A DNA stretch of 61,485 nucleotides. Source: a virus. The notes below the pieces were generated by a model. That model was not told the origin of the DNA, made no database searches, and saw only the letters and a program-made list of their open reading frames with translations. The stretch is from IMG/VR virus record IMGVR_UViG_3300037067_026753. One strand, written 5' to 3'. Position numbers and translations under genes: made by a program. Each line of letters opens with the position of its first letter. The first letter of the stretch is position 1. Shown here one piece after another: positions 1 to 9,397 of the stretch.

Positions 1-80
1 GGAAAAACTTGATTAATTAATAGAACATTCATTTTTATCTCTTAGGTACTTGATTTTATAATTGAAAGCACCTATAAAAT

Positions 81-111
81 GCAAAAAGAGATAGAGGTTT
101 TTCTATCTCTT
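81..111 (-). terminator. Rho-independent terminator downstream of the 178..582 gene
   Basis: Perfect 9-bp inverted repeat agagataga/tctatctct (87-95, 103-111) with a 7-nt loop. On the minus strand it is followed by TTTTTGCATTTT. Confidence 0.55.
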
Positions 112-177
112 AGAATAATCATACTAGATTATATAACTCAATCTGTATAAAAATTGTAGAAAAGATTTGACGTAGAA

Positions 178-582
178 TTAGCTTTGTGGGACTATAGTAA
201 ATTTTGAAAACTTCGACCGGGACGGGTGTTGCTTTGTTATTCGTCTTTTTTGCATAAGCCATACAAGAGCATTTCTAACAGACCGTCGTTCTTGAATTTG
301 TTTTTCAAGATTTATCCAACTACGTCGAATCAACGTTTTAAAAATTTGATCTGAAGTCATTGAACCTTCTGTCTTGAGAACATATAAAATTTTCTCAGAC
401 CAATTTCTGGGTTTGAATTCTTTGACAGATAGAAAATCTTCAAGAGATTTTTCAAGAGCGTCAACGCTCTCTGTAATATCAGGGATAATCTGAGTTATAC
501 GCAAAAACGCATCATTGAATGCTTGTATAGATATTACAAGTTGTTCGAGTTCTGTTACAGTTTCTCTTAAACTTTTTGTCAT
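178..582 (-). CDS. Hypothetical protein (134 aa, helical)
   Basis: ORF from the supplied track. An AGGAGTGAG RBS lies 8 nt upstream of the ATG at 582 on the minus strand. Confidence 0.5.
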   Translation of the reverse strand: MTKSLRETVTELEQLVISIQAFNDAFLRITQIIPDITESVDALEKSLEDFLSVKEFKPRNWSEKILYVLKTEGSMTSDQIFKTLIRRSWINLEKQIQERRSVRNALVWLMQKRRITKQHPSRSKFSKFTIVPQS

Positions 583-590
583 AACTCACT

Positions 591-690
591 CCTATCTAAG
601 ATAGGAGGCAGGGGAAAAGAGTATCAATCTGTAAGAGGAGTCAAAGTTCTCCTCGAAAGGACTCTTAACATTCCCCTGCCCTCGCATACA
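591..690. promoter_or_regulatory. Structured intergenic element: a 15-bp palindrome overlapping the RBS plus a long nested hairpin
   Basis: cctatctaagatagg palindrome at 591-605. ggcaggggaa (604-613) pairs with ttcccctgcc (about 679-688), enclosing an inner gaggag..ctcctc hairpin. The element sits in the 315-nt gap between two minus-strand genes. Confidence 0.35.
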
Positions 691-897
691 TATCGTTTTT
701 GTTTTTTACAACAGCCATTAGATATTTTGACCAAAGGACATACCAATTAAATACCCACCCCCCAACCCTGTATTCCTGTCCATCCTACACTTCCTCTAAT
801 ATATTCATTACCTGTATTTATGTTTTCTTGTTTTTTCTTTTTTTCAGGAGGAATATCTAACGACTTACCTGTAGTAAGAAAAACAAATTTATTCTTT

Positions 898-1173
898 TTA
901 TTCGGTAAGGAATTTGATTTTTCTGTTGACATTAGCTTGACTTATCCTCAATTTTATTTTTTCAAGAATTTCGTTATAAACTTCTTCCATAAAATAAGCA
1001 TATTCTTTTTCGTCTAAATTCTTGGAAGTCTTCAAAGGCTCTAAAACTTGTATCCTTGAATTAATATCGTTCATCTGAGAAACTAATAAACCAGATAATG
1101 TTTTTGCTTGCACTTGTACTGTTTTCATTTTTGCCTTCAACGTATTAGATAACGTCCTTGCTGTCATCATCAT
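898..1173 (-). CDS. Hypothetical protein (91 aa)
   Basis: ORF from the supplied track; same strand as neighbours; charged helical composition. Confidence 0.4.
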   Translation of the reverse strand: MMMTARTLSNTLKAKMKTVQVQAKTLSGLLVSQMNDINSRIQVLEPLKTSKNLDEKEYAYFMEEVYNEILEKIKLRISQANVNRKIKFLTE

Positions 1174-1435
1174 GGAGCCACCTGAGTTTCCAGTTTACTT
1201 TCTCATTTTCTAAATTCTTTTTGATTTGTTCGTAACATTGTTTCATCCACTCAAACTCTTTAACCAAACGTTTTTCGGGTGGTAGCATTTTTAAAACTCT
1301 TGTCCAAAAAGCAAATTCATTATCAATAACTACTTTAAAATCAGCTTTATTTTTTACATATTTCCATTTTTGCTCTTGCACAAATTTATCAAATGCTTCA
1401 CATGTTTCGAAAAACTTCTTATACAATTCCTGCAT
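1145..1435 (-). CDS. Hypothetical protein (96 aa)
   Basis: ORF from the supplied track; short overlap with the downstream gene, as is typical in phage operons. Confidence 0.45.
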   Translation of the reverse strand: MQELYKKFFETCEAFDKFVQEQKWKYVKNKADFKVVIDNEFAFWTRVLKMLPPEKRLVKEFEWMKQCYEQIKKNLENEKVNWKLRWLHDDDSKDVI

Positions 1436-1472
1436 GTTATTTTTTATTACAAGTGCTTGTCAATTGGAAAAA

Positions 1473-1979
1473 TTAATTATCAATAAGGAAGGAAAATTTA
1501 CGTTTATCACGTCTTGTCTGTCTAAATTTCAATTCCTCTTGGATTTTATCCACAGCTTTGTTGTTCAGAACCTTCAAATCGTTAATTTCATTCTTTTTCA
1601 ATTCTGCTTGTGTATATAAACCACCTGCTCTACTTTTAATATTAAGCCATTGTTTGTTTAATGAAATCAATAGGTCTTGTAATCTCGAATCTTCATCAGA
1701 TATCTTTATTTCAACTCTATTTTTCCAAATACCCGTGTCTAAGAAAATTTGCAAACGTTGAGTAGCTTTCGAAGCAGTTCTTTTTAAAGCTTGTTTTTGT
1801 TGTTGTGTTTCTTTTTCGGCACTAATTTTAGCATTTTCTGCGTCAAATTCAATAGAATCATATGGTTCATAAGTGTTAGCCCAGTCTTCCCAAGAACCCT
1901 GTGAAAGTAAAGAAGAAATTTGTTTTATTTGTTTCCAAAAATCTTTTGTCATTGTATACTTTACATTAAACTGAGACAT
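1473..1979 (-). CDS. Hypothetical protein (168 aa)
   Basis: ORF from the supplied track. Confidence 0.5.
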   Translation of the reverse strand: MSQFNVKYTMTKDFWKQIKQISSLLSQGSWEDWANTYEPYDSIEFDAENAKISAEKETQQQKQALKRTASKATQRLQIFLDTGIWKNRVEIKISDEDSRLQDLLISLNKQWLNIKSRAGGLYTQAELKKNEINDLKVLNNKAVDKIQEELKFRQTRRDKRKFSFLIDN

Positions 1980-2509
1980 TTCTTTATTCTTTCATCTAAA
2001 TCTTTTTCTTTAATCTCTACTACATTTTGCTGTCCAAACATTTTAAAAATGCCCAATAAATCGGTATTAGATTTCTGTCTCCATTGTGCATCAAAATGTA
2101 AGTCTGGTCTAACACCGTCATCCTTAGGCTCAACACTTGGATCTAGATGAAATATTATATCATATCTACTATTAAGATTCAACAATCTCTTGAATAAATA
2201 ATTATATGCTATCAAATCTTTAGGATTCTCGAATAGGACAAGATCCATTGCAAACAAAAAACCAAGATATATAGGACTATCAGTTATCATAAAATCCGCC
2301 TGTTGTACGACACTGTCTTCCCATTCTATCTGTTTGCTAGTCACAATGATTTGTTCCCAAATGGTATCTATGGACCTATGCTTTGAAATATAACTACGGG
2401 CATACTCGCTGATTAGCTCGACATGTTTATCAATACATGCACTTGCTAAAGCTCTTGCTAATGTAGTTTTACCCGAACCAGGTATGCCCGAGATGCCAAT
2501 TCGCTTCAT
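1961..2509 (-). CDS. P-loop kinase, NadR-type nicotinamide riboside kinase-like
   Basis: Walker A GISGIPGSGKTTLA. The motifs SEYARSY, FMITDSP and DDGVRPD match my recollection of the E. coli NadR ribosylnicotinamide kinase domain. Confidence 0.55.
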   Translation of the reverse strand: MKRIGISGIPGSGKTTLARALASACIDKHVELISEYARSYISKHRSIDTIWEQIIVTSKQIEWEDSVVQQADFMITDSPIYLGFLFAMDLVLFENPKDLIAYNYLFKRLLNLNSRYDIIFHLDPSVEPKDDGVRPDLHFDAQWRQKSNTDLLGIFKMFGQQNVVEIKEKDLDERIKKCLSLM

Positions 2510-2853
2510 GGTAATTTAAAAACAAGGGTTTTACATTTAAATTCAGCTTGTACTTTTATATCTTTTGCAGGTTGTTTTAATCCAAAAAACTTGAAAAAAC
2601 CACGCACGTTTAAATAAGCATTCTTTTGATTTAACCCTCTTATAGACAATGGTGATTTATCAAAAGTAAGTCCAAAAGTAACACCTGCTTCTTTTGTTTC
2701 GGAATCGAACCACACTTGTGCTACATGATCATTTCGTAATTGAAGTTTTAAGATAATTGAGCGGCTTAAAAAGAGTTTTTCTTGTGGAGTCAGTCTGACT
2801 GTATAAATAGCAATTTTTCTACGATAAGGTTGGTCAAACAATTTCCATGTCAT
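2506..2853 (-). CDS. Hypothetical protein (115 aa)
   Basis: ORF from the supplied track; start/stop coupled to its neighbours. Confidence 0.45.
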   Translation of the reverse strand: MTWKLFDQPYRRKIAIYTVRLTPQEKLFLSRSIILKLQLRNDHVAQVWFDSETKEAGVTFGLTFDKSPLSIRGLNQKNAYLNVRGFFKFFGLKQPAKDIKVQAEFKCKTLVFKLP

Positions 2854-3323
2854 TTAGGATACACCACGACAGATTCATTTAAGAAAGTAACTTCTATCCC
2901 AGCTTGCTTAAATACATCTTCTGAAGCTGCTCCTTGATGGTATTTTTGCTTGCAAACAACACGTGCAATACCAACCTGAACTATACTCATAGCGCATCTC
3001 ATACAAGGCGTCATTGTACAATACAAAGTACCACCTTTGAGAGAAACACCAATATGTGCAGCTTGAAGTATTGCATTCATTTCAGCATGGATAGTCCTGT
3101 GACAATGTTCGGACTTTGTTCCATCCTGATGAACTACCGTTTCAAGTAAATGACCAACTTCAGAACAATCAGGAAACCCAGAAGGTGCCCCGACATAACC
3201 TGTCACCAAAATCCTGTTGTTTTTAGTAATGACACAACCAGATTTCCCTCGATCACACGTCGCTCGTAATCCAATCGTATCGACTGTCAACATGAAATAT
3301 TCATCCCAATTTGGCCGACTCAT
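2850..3323 (-). CDS. dCMP deaminase (cytidine/deoxycytidylate deaminase zinc-binding family)
   Basis: HAEMNAIL zinc-binding motif and the second motif CTMTPCMRCAMSIVQ(V)GI(A)RVV (PCxxC). Confidence 0.85.
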   Translation of the reverse strand: MSRPNWDEYFMLTVDTIGLRATCDRGKSGCVITKNNRILVTGYVGAPSGFPDCSEVGHLLETVVHQDGTKSEHCHRTIHAEMNAILQAAHIGVSLKGGTLYCTMTPCMRCAMSIVQVGIARVVCKQKYHQGAASEDVFKQAGIEVTFLNESVVVYPK

Positions 3324-6300
3324 ATACTCCTCTGCTTTCTAGAAATTAGTTTTGGTTTGCTTTCTTTGACTATTTCGTTAACAGTCTCAGAATCTGCCAC
3401 ACGTTTTTTTCTAGAAATCATTTTAATGGGTTCACCAAGTTCTAATCTAATAGCATTCGTCTCTGTTAAAGTAGCAGGTGTATCGTTCTTGAACAATTCT
3501 GTAAGTATCTCTTGCCTTGCTCCTTTCATTTTTCTCGAAATCAGCTTAGGTTTTTTAGGTTCTGTTTGTTCTGTTATTTCGGGTTGTTTTTCTGTTTGCA
3601 GATTGAATTTGCTCAAAGCATCATATCCTTCAGTGTTCTTTATTTTTGTGATATCTGACAAATAAAAAACATGATCAGAATATTTCTTGTTCTTTGCTTC
3701 TTCGAAATAAAGCTTACCTGAAACAAGATCGCCCTCTTCAATTTTCAAATCTTCTGCATCATTCAAAATACAATCATCTATTCTTGTAGTGCCATCATAA
3801 ATTGTTGCAAAATACATGATATACGGTTTTTGTGTTTTTTTGCCTATTCCAGCAAGTCTTCTAAACTTACTCACAAAAACAATCATTGGAATTGCATTAT
3901 TTCTACTCAAAGTCTTACCCTGAGCAGCAGCTTTTTCGACACCCTTTAAAGAATATTCTCTGTTTGTTGCTTCTTTCAAATCTTTTGAAACAATAAGACC
4001 TGTATGTTCAAATTGTTTTTGCAAGAAATTTGTCGTATCAATTTCTTCACCAATTTCTTTTTTGAACAACTCGACTGTATCATCAAATTTAATTGCTTCC
4101 GAATAAATAAGAGCTTTAATCACTCTTTTATTTACCACTCTTCTTGTTACTCTACTCAAAAAATCTTTAAAAGAAGTATAAGGTTGATTTTCTTGGATAT
4201 TTGTAGCAGCCTTAGACCCTACATCTTTTATATGCCCAAATGCATAACACAAAGAACCATCGGGTTTTATTCTAAACATATCAGCACCTGAATCGTTTAT
4301 GTCAGGTTTATTTATCTTTACATTAAAACTCTTTTGAATTTCTGTTACATAATTCTGAAAAAGATTTACTTTTTTGCCGTCTTGCATTGCTTCAGTATTT
4401 TCTGTGTTAGAAAGAAGAGAAGCAAAATACTCATTAGGATAATATGTTCTCAAATACATCATTATATAAGCCATCATAGCATAAGCGCAAGAATGGCTTC
4501 TATTAAACGAATATTTTGAAAAATTCTTCATTGTATCCATTATTTCTTCAATTCTTTTATCGTCATAATTTGTATTCTTATGACAACCTGCTCTAAACTT
4601 GTCCATCATATGATTAAACTCAGTATAATCTGTTTTGCCTTTAAATAGTAACTTGAAGACATGTCGAGACTCATCAGCTTCAGACAAAGTAAAGCCACCA
4701 AGTTCTTGGAATACTCTCATTGAAGATTCCTGGTACAGCATCATTCCATAAGAGTCAGCAAGAACACGTTCAAACGGATCCTGTTTTGCTTTCTCGTAAT
4801 CATAATTTTCTTTATTTTTGAGATACATTTCTAAACCGCCTGCTTGTATAACGGCAGGACGATACAAAGCGTTTATAGCAACAAGATCGACAAATTTTTC
4901 AGGTTTTGCTCTTTTGACGAACTTCGTAATGTTCTTTCCTTCAAACTGAAAAATGCTAAATGTTCTGGCTTGATTGAATTGTTCAAGTACTTTGGGATCA
5001 TCATCATTATCTATAATATCTTGTAATTTAACTTTGCCTTGTAATAATTTCAATGTGTCACTGATAATAGTGCAAGCATTTAAACCAAGAATATCAAATT
5101 TCATTAGACCAGCATCAGTCATTAATCGAGTATCACCACCTTCTGGGTACCCTGTTGCTATATTGTCACTAATCCGCATAATAGGGATGAATCGTTCTAG
5201 ATTATCAGGTGCAATAATAACACCACCTGCATGCATTGAATAATGACGGTTTTTCCCGACTAAAACTCTTGCAATATCAAATTGTTTTTTATGTTCTTCA
5301 ATAAAGTTCTTTGCCCAGTCACCTTCCAATGCAATCATTTTTTGAATTGCATCATCGAACACATCATCGTCATTTTCAAGGCATTTAGAAAGTCTATCGA
5401 CACTGTCTTTTTTTTCTGTCCCAAAATAAACTCTAAACGTATCCCTTATTGCATTCTTAATCCCGAATGTGCCAAATGAAATTACATGAGAAACAGAATT
5501 AATCCCATATTTACCCTTTAAATACTCTTCAATCTTGTATCTTGTTTTAGAATCAAAATCAAGATCAATATCAGGAGGATCTAATCTTTTTTCATTTAGA
5601 AAGCGTTCGAAATAGAGCCCATATTTTATAGGATCAATTTTTGTAATGCCAAGTAAATGAACCACTAAGCTACCGGCCCCGCTTCCACGGCCGCAGCCTA
5701 CAAGTACGTCATGTGTCTCGGCATAATTGACAATGTCAGCAACAATCAAGAAGTAATCTTCCATTCTTTTGAATTTGATTGTTTCAAGTTCTGATTTTAC
5801 TCTAGCCACATAATCAGGTCTATTGTCCCAACCTTTTTCTTTCAATGCTTCAAATGCTTTTCTCTCAAGAATTTCATATGAATTGTCAGCAAACTTAGGC
5901 ATAATAACTTCTGGCGCCCGAGTAAGCTTTACTTTTTCGATTTTGCTGTCTATTTCTAGTGTGCGATCTAAACATTGATTAATAAATTCTAGATCATATC
6001 CAAGAAATTGAGCTTCAGCAATGATATCCTCTCGTTTTTTGAGCCATAGATTTCTTGACTTATAAACTCTTTTTTGCCAACTATCGTCTTGAAATGAACC
6101 TTTAGAGTTTATAAGTTTCATTACATCATGTACTTCAGCATGTTCTGGTTTCAGATAATGTGTATCTGTTGTCCATATTAATTTTACGCCAAGACGTTTG
6201 TGATTATTTATAGCCCATTGATTAAATGCTGTCTGATCAGCCATTTGAATTTCCATAATTTCAATATAGAAATCCTCTCCAAAAGCTGACTTCATATAAT

Positions 6301-6781
6301 TGATAAATTCAATAGCTTCTGCTTCTTTGTTTTCTAAAACAAGTTTGGGTATTCTTCCACCCATACAAGCTGATGAAACAATTAAATTTTTATTGTATTG
6401 AACAAGATCTTCATAAAGGATAATTGGTTTGTAGTAGAATGTATTTCTCATAGCTTGACCAAGTAACCAGCAAAGATCTAAATATCCTTGATAATTTTTA
6501 GCAAGTAGGACTAAGTGATCACGCTCTCTTTTTTCTTCTTTGTCATCACTTTCAAATTCTTTTTTGAAAGCGCAATAAGCTTCAAGTCCAATAATAGATT
6601 TTATCCCAGCTTTATTAGCTACTTGATTGAAATAGAGAGAGGCGCATAGATTACCATGATCAGTTACACAAATAGAGGGATAATTATTTTCTTTTGCCCA
6701 TTTGACATATTCATCTACTCCGAGTAGAGCATCTCCATTTGAGAAGTCAGTATGTATATGCAGCGGTAAATAATGATTCAT
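3320..6781 (-). CDS. dnaE: DNA polymerase III alpha subunit (DnaE-type replicative polymerase with an N-terminal PHP domain)
   Basis: 1153 aa. The N-terminus LHIHTDFSNGDALLGVDEYVKWAKENNYPSICVTDHGNL is a PHP domain. The length and layout are typical of a PolIIIa catalytic core. Confidence 0.9.
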   Translation of the reverse strand: MNHYLPLHIHTDFSNGDALLGVDEYVKWAKENNYPSICVTDHGNLCASLYFNQVANKAGIKSIIGLEAYCAFKKEFESDDKEEKRERDHLVLLAKNYQGYLDLCWLLGQAMRNTFYYKPIILYEDLVQYNKNLIVSSACMGGRIPKLVLENKEAEAIEFINYMKSAFGEDFYIEIMEIQMADQTAFNQWAINNHKRLGVKLIWTTDTHYLKPEHAEVHDVMKLINSKGSFQDDSWQKRVYKSRNLWLKKREDIIAEAQFLGYDLEFINQCLDRTLEIDSKIEKVKLTRAPEVIMPKFADNSYEILERKAFEALKEKGWDNRPDYVARVKSELETIKFKRMEDYFLIVADIVNYAETHDVLVGCGRGSGAGSLVVHLLGITKIDPIKYGLYFERFLNEKRLDPPDIDLDFDSKTRYKIEEYLKGKYGINSVSHVISFGTFGIKNAIRDTFRVYFGTEKKDSVDRLSKCLENDDDVFDDAIQKMIALEGDWAKNFIEEHKKQFDIARVLVGKNRHYSMHAGGVIIAPDNLERFIPIMRISDNIATGYPEGGDTRLMTDAGLMKFDILGLNACTIISDTLKLLQGKVKLQDIIDNDDDPKVLEQFNQARTFSIFQFEGKNITKFVKRAKPEKFVDLVAINALYRPAVIQAGGLEMYLKNKENYDYEKAKQDPFERVLADSYGMMLYQESSMRVFQELGGFTLSEADESRHVFKLLFKGKTDYTEFNHMMDKFRAGCHKNTNYDDKRIEEIMDTMKNFSKYSFNRSHSCAYAMMAYIMMYLRTYYPNEYFASLLSNTENTEAMQDGKKVNLFQNYVTEIQKSFNVKINKPDINDSGADMFRIKPDGSLCYAFGHIKDVGSKAATNIQENQPYTSFKDFLSRVTRRVVNKRVIKALIYSEAIKFDDTVELFKKEIGEEIDTTNFLQKQFEHTGLIVSKDLKEATNREYSLKGVEKAAAQGKTLSRNNAIPMIVFVSKFRRLAGIGKKTQKPYIMYFATIYDGTTRIDDCILNDAEDLKIEEGDLVSGKLYFEEAKNKKYSDHVFYLSDITKIKNTEGYDALSKFNLQTEKQPEITEQTEPKKPKLISRKMKGARQEILTELFKNDTPATLTETNAIRLELGEPIKMISRKKRVADSETVNEIVKESKPKLISRKQRSI

Positions 6782-7156
6782 TTATACTCCAGCTATTGCT
6801 TTAAATTTTATATTGTCTTGTTTAATATCAGGTTTTGGTTGTTCTTCAGGTGAGAGTGGTGGCATAGGGAGTCGCGACATTCCCATAATTTGTCTTGCTC
6901 TTTCTATCTGTCTTGCTTTTGATTCTATAAAAGATTGTTGTCTTTGTCTTTCAGCTTCTAAAGCATCGTGTATTTGTATTGCTGAATCAATATAATCTAC
7001 ATATCGTTCTGGATCTCTCAAAACAGTATTCAAGCACGTCTGATGATAATATTGAAATGTAGTTGTATAACCAGGGTGTTCAACACGTGACAACGAATCG
7101 CCACCACATTTACAAAAAAAACATGTTCTGAAGATCCTAAATAAATCAACCGACAT
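6782..7156 (-). CDS. Small Zn-binding protein, paralog A of the FRIF-CxxC family
   Basis: N-terminal DLFRIFRTCFFCKC..YYHQTCL is shared with the next two genes. Confidence 0.5.
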   Translation of the reverse strand: MSVDLFRIFRTCFFCKCGGDSLSRVEHPGYTTTFQYYHQTCLNTVLRDPERYVDYIDSAIQIHDALEAERQRQQSFIESKARQIERARQIMGMSRLPMPPLSPEEQPKPDIKQDNIKFKAIAGV

Positions 7157-7489
7157 TCAAGTTCCATTGAATATTTGTTTAAATTTTACTAATTCTTCGC
7201 TTTTTAAAACTTCTTCAATTGCTTCTTGTTGAACATCTTTAATCCCTTGTAAAGATACAAATTGTTCGCACTGAAGTTGATGAGCATCACTTATTAATTG
7301 GTCATAAACCATTAATGCTTTTTTGATTTTTTTCAAATTATTTTGCGGATCATCAAGAACTCTTTGAAGACAGTCTTTATGGTAGTAAATATATTTGCCT
7401 GCAAAATTTATTCTAGACAAATTATCTTGACTATCGCATACAAAGCATGACTTAAATATTCTAAAAATATCAGGCATTATCATCTCCAA
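7157..7489 (-). CDS. Small Zn-binding protein, paralog B of the FRIF-CxxC family
   Basis: PDIFRIFKSCFVCDS..YYHKDCLQRVL. Confidence 0.5.
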   Translation of the reverse strand: MEMIMPDIFRIFKSCFVCDSQDNLSRINFAGKYIYYHKDCLQRVLDDPQNNLKKIKKALMVYDQLISDAHQLQCEQFVSLQGIKDVQQEAIEEVLKSEELVKFKQIFNGT

Positions 7490-8030
7490 ATATTTTCTTC
7501 ATCTTGTTTTGTTTATCAATTTTTTTGGGTAGTTCATTGTTTTCTTGTTGTTTACTATTTATAGGTGTTTTTTTAATATCTATTCTAAACGTAGGAGTCG
7601 TTCCAATTCCTACAGGCGATGTAGTTACTGTAGTCATATTCCATGTATAATCATCTGCATAATTTGTAAAATGAGCTAAATTTTGTGCTAATCTTGACTC
7701 GCCTGCTTCTTCTAAAGCTAATCGTATTTGATCATATCTTGTTTCAATTTCTTGTGTTGTTTGCATTTCTTGTTGGACATCAGATTGTCTTCGAAGTTCT
7801 TCTACATGTTGCAAATTTTGTTGTTGTTGCCCGAGAACTAATTGTGTAATTTCATGCGCAATAGTTCTTAAACCTTGAGGAATTTCTTGTGTCTGCATTG
7901 CTCTCAACAAACAAGAATGATGATAACTAATATAGGGTGGTCCTACGTGGCGTAATCTTTCTGATAATGAGATATGTGTTCTTCTATTACAAAAAACGCA
8001 TTTTCTGAATATTCTTAGAAAATCAGGCAT
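7470..8030 (-). CDS. Zn-binding protein, paralog C of the FRIF-CxxC family
   Basis: PDFLRIFRKCVFCN..ISYHHSCLLRAM. The tracked ORF starts at 8069, but by comparison with the paralogs the start is probably the internal Met at 8030. Confidence 0.5.
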   Translation of the reverse strand: MPDFLRIFRKCVFCNRRTHISLSERLRHVGPPYISYHHSCLLRAMQTQEIPQGLRTIAHEITQLVLGQQQQNLQHVEELRRQSDVQQEMQTTQEIETRYDQIRLALEEAGESRLAQNLAHFTNYADDYTWNMTTVTTSPVGIGTTPTFRIDIKKTPINSKQQENNELPKKIDKQNKMKKIFGDDNA

Positions 8031-8053
8031 TTTTCTTCTTCTTTTTAATCTAA

Positions 8054-8209
8054 TTAAAATTTTTTGCATTTGCTTTTGTCGACAGACTTAGAGCCACAAT
8101 TTGGACATTTACCATGCTCACCCCTACGAGCAGCATCGCAAGTGTCACACCAAAACTTATGTTTTGTCGCTTGCTTCGATTTGATTCTGTTCTGCTTTTT
8201 TAAGGACAT
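8054..8209 (-). CDS. Possible small zinc-ribbon protein (51 aa, not in the ORF track)
   Basis: My translation reads MSLKKQNRIKSKQATKHKFWCDTCDAARRGEHGKCPNCGSKSVDKSKCKKF (paired CxxC motifs). It overlaps the 3' end of the 8157..8549 ORF by 53 nt in another frame. Confidence 0.25.
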   Translation of the reverse strand: MSLKKQNRIKSKQATKHKFWCDTCDAARRGEHGKCPNCGSKSVDKSKCKKF

Positions 8210-8549
8210 TTACAACTCTTTCAAAATCAAAATTAACAATCTCTTCAGAAATTAAAATTTGTTTGTCTTTATTTACTAGAGCACAAACATCGCCTTCATT
8301 ATATGTCTCTATTGAAAGTTCTGCATCTTTCCATAAAAATTTTAAATAAACGCCACTTTCAATAGTACAAGTTACTGTTATGGGCTCCAAAGCATAATCT
8401 TGAAATAAATAAAAACATACGCCAAACGCATTAAATTTTGCTGTTCTATTAGGTGGTACAGCTCCTTGCTCTCTCCAATGTTCTGGTAGTTTAAGATTTT
8501 CTATTTTGGAATACAAAACTGAAAGAGTTTCAAAATCTGTTATATGCAT
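8157..8549 (-). CDS. Hypothetical protein (130 aa)
   Basis: ORF from the supplied track. Confidence 0.45.
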   Translation of the reverse strand: MHITDFETLSVLYSKIENLKLPEHWREQGAVPPNRTAKFNAFGVCFYLFQDYALEPITVTCTIESGVYLKFLWKDAELSIETYNEGDVCALVNKDKQILISEEIVNFDFERVVNVLKKAEQNQIEASDKT

Positions 8550-8555
8550 TTTCTC

Positions 8556-8810
8556 TCATTTCAAAAATAACATTGCAATCCAAGTAATAATAGTAACGGG
8601 CAAACTTAACTGTCCAAATGCCGGTACAAGTCCAATCAATGCGCCATGCCACCATAAAACAACTGGATCTTTGTCTGCAAACACAAGCCAAGTATTGATT
8701 GCATAGGGCCAGCAAAACGCACCAATAAAAGCGCTAATACCAAGTCCTATACTTATTGTTCCTCCACAACCTAAACCCATAGCTGCTAAAGTCGCTCTCA
8801 AACTAGACAT
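8556..8810 (-). CDS. Small membrane protein (84 aa, two or three TM helices)
   Basis: Hydrophobic, Gly-rich helices (GLGCGGTISIGLGISAFIGAF...). Confidence 0.5.
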   Translation of the reverse strand: MSSLRATLAAMGLGCGGTISIGLGISAFIGAFCWPYAINTWLVFADKDPVVLWWHGALIGLVPAFGQLSLPVTIITWIAMLFLK

Positions 8811-8821
8811 CTAAAACCTCC

Positions 8822-9331
8822 TCAAATATATTTGTGAAGTGAGAACACAAAAACTCTCATATAACCTTCTTCAATAAAATCTTCATATTTTTCTTTTAGT
8901 CTCTTGAACACTTCTTTATAACACAAATTGAACGTCTGACAATCAAAAACAAAGTTCCTGTCATAATCCATACTTCTGACATAAACATTCATGCAATATT
9001 TTCCATCTCTTACATAATGATGGAAATAAGCAATACAATGGTTGTCAGCATCATCATAATTATTGACAAATGCCCCTTGCCTCGAATTAAAATCAATATT
9101 TAAATACCCAAACATATCGATTGATCTACGTATTACAAATTGTCGCTCAATTTCTTCTTCGGGTACTGGTACAGGTGCTAATTCAAGACAATCTTCAGGT
9201 TGCAAACAAAATTCAAAATTAGTTATTTCACGAGTGTCTCTATTTCCCCCTATTCGAATTGATTCATAAAGCCCAGCTTCGAATTGTCTGTCAATTCTAC
9301 TTTTCCAATTCTCAATATTCATTTTCAACAT
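8822..9331 (-). CDS. Hypothetical protein (169 aa)
   Basis: ORF from the supplied track. Confidence 0.5.
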   Translation of the reverse strand: MLKMNIENWKSRIDRQFEAGLYESIRIGGNRDTREITNFEFCLQPEDCLELAPVPVPEEEIERQFVIRRSIDMFGYLNIDFNSRQGAFVNNYDDADNHCIAYFHHYVRDGKYCMNVYVRSMDYDRNFVFDCQTFNLCYKEVFKRLKEKYEDFIEEGYMRVFVFSLHKYI

Positions 9332-9397
9332 GATGTTTATTCCTTTTTCTATGTTTCTACGACCCAGTCTAGCCTATTTGTGTATATAACCTAATGG

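Noticed and set aside
3357-5479. A series of 60-100-aa plus-strand ORFs antisense to dnaE
   Set aside because: They are low-complexity (F/L/I/S-rich) antisense artefacts of an AT-rich coding strand. The same pattern recurs opposite most long minus-strand genes, for example 820..1017, 1434..1761, 10863..11117, 26341..26727 and 53121..53874.
8064-8255. 63-aa plus-strand ORF between paralog C and gene 8157..8549
   Set aside because: It is on the opposite strand to the whole operon. The minus-strand frame here instead contains a plausible CxxC...CxxC zinc-ribbon mini-ORF (8054..8209), which is reported at low confidence.
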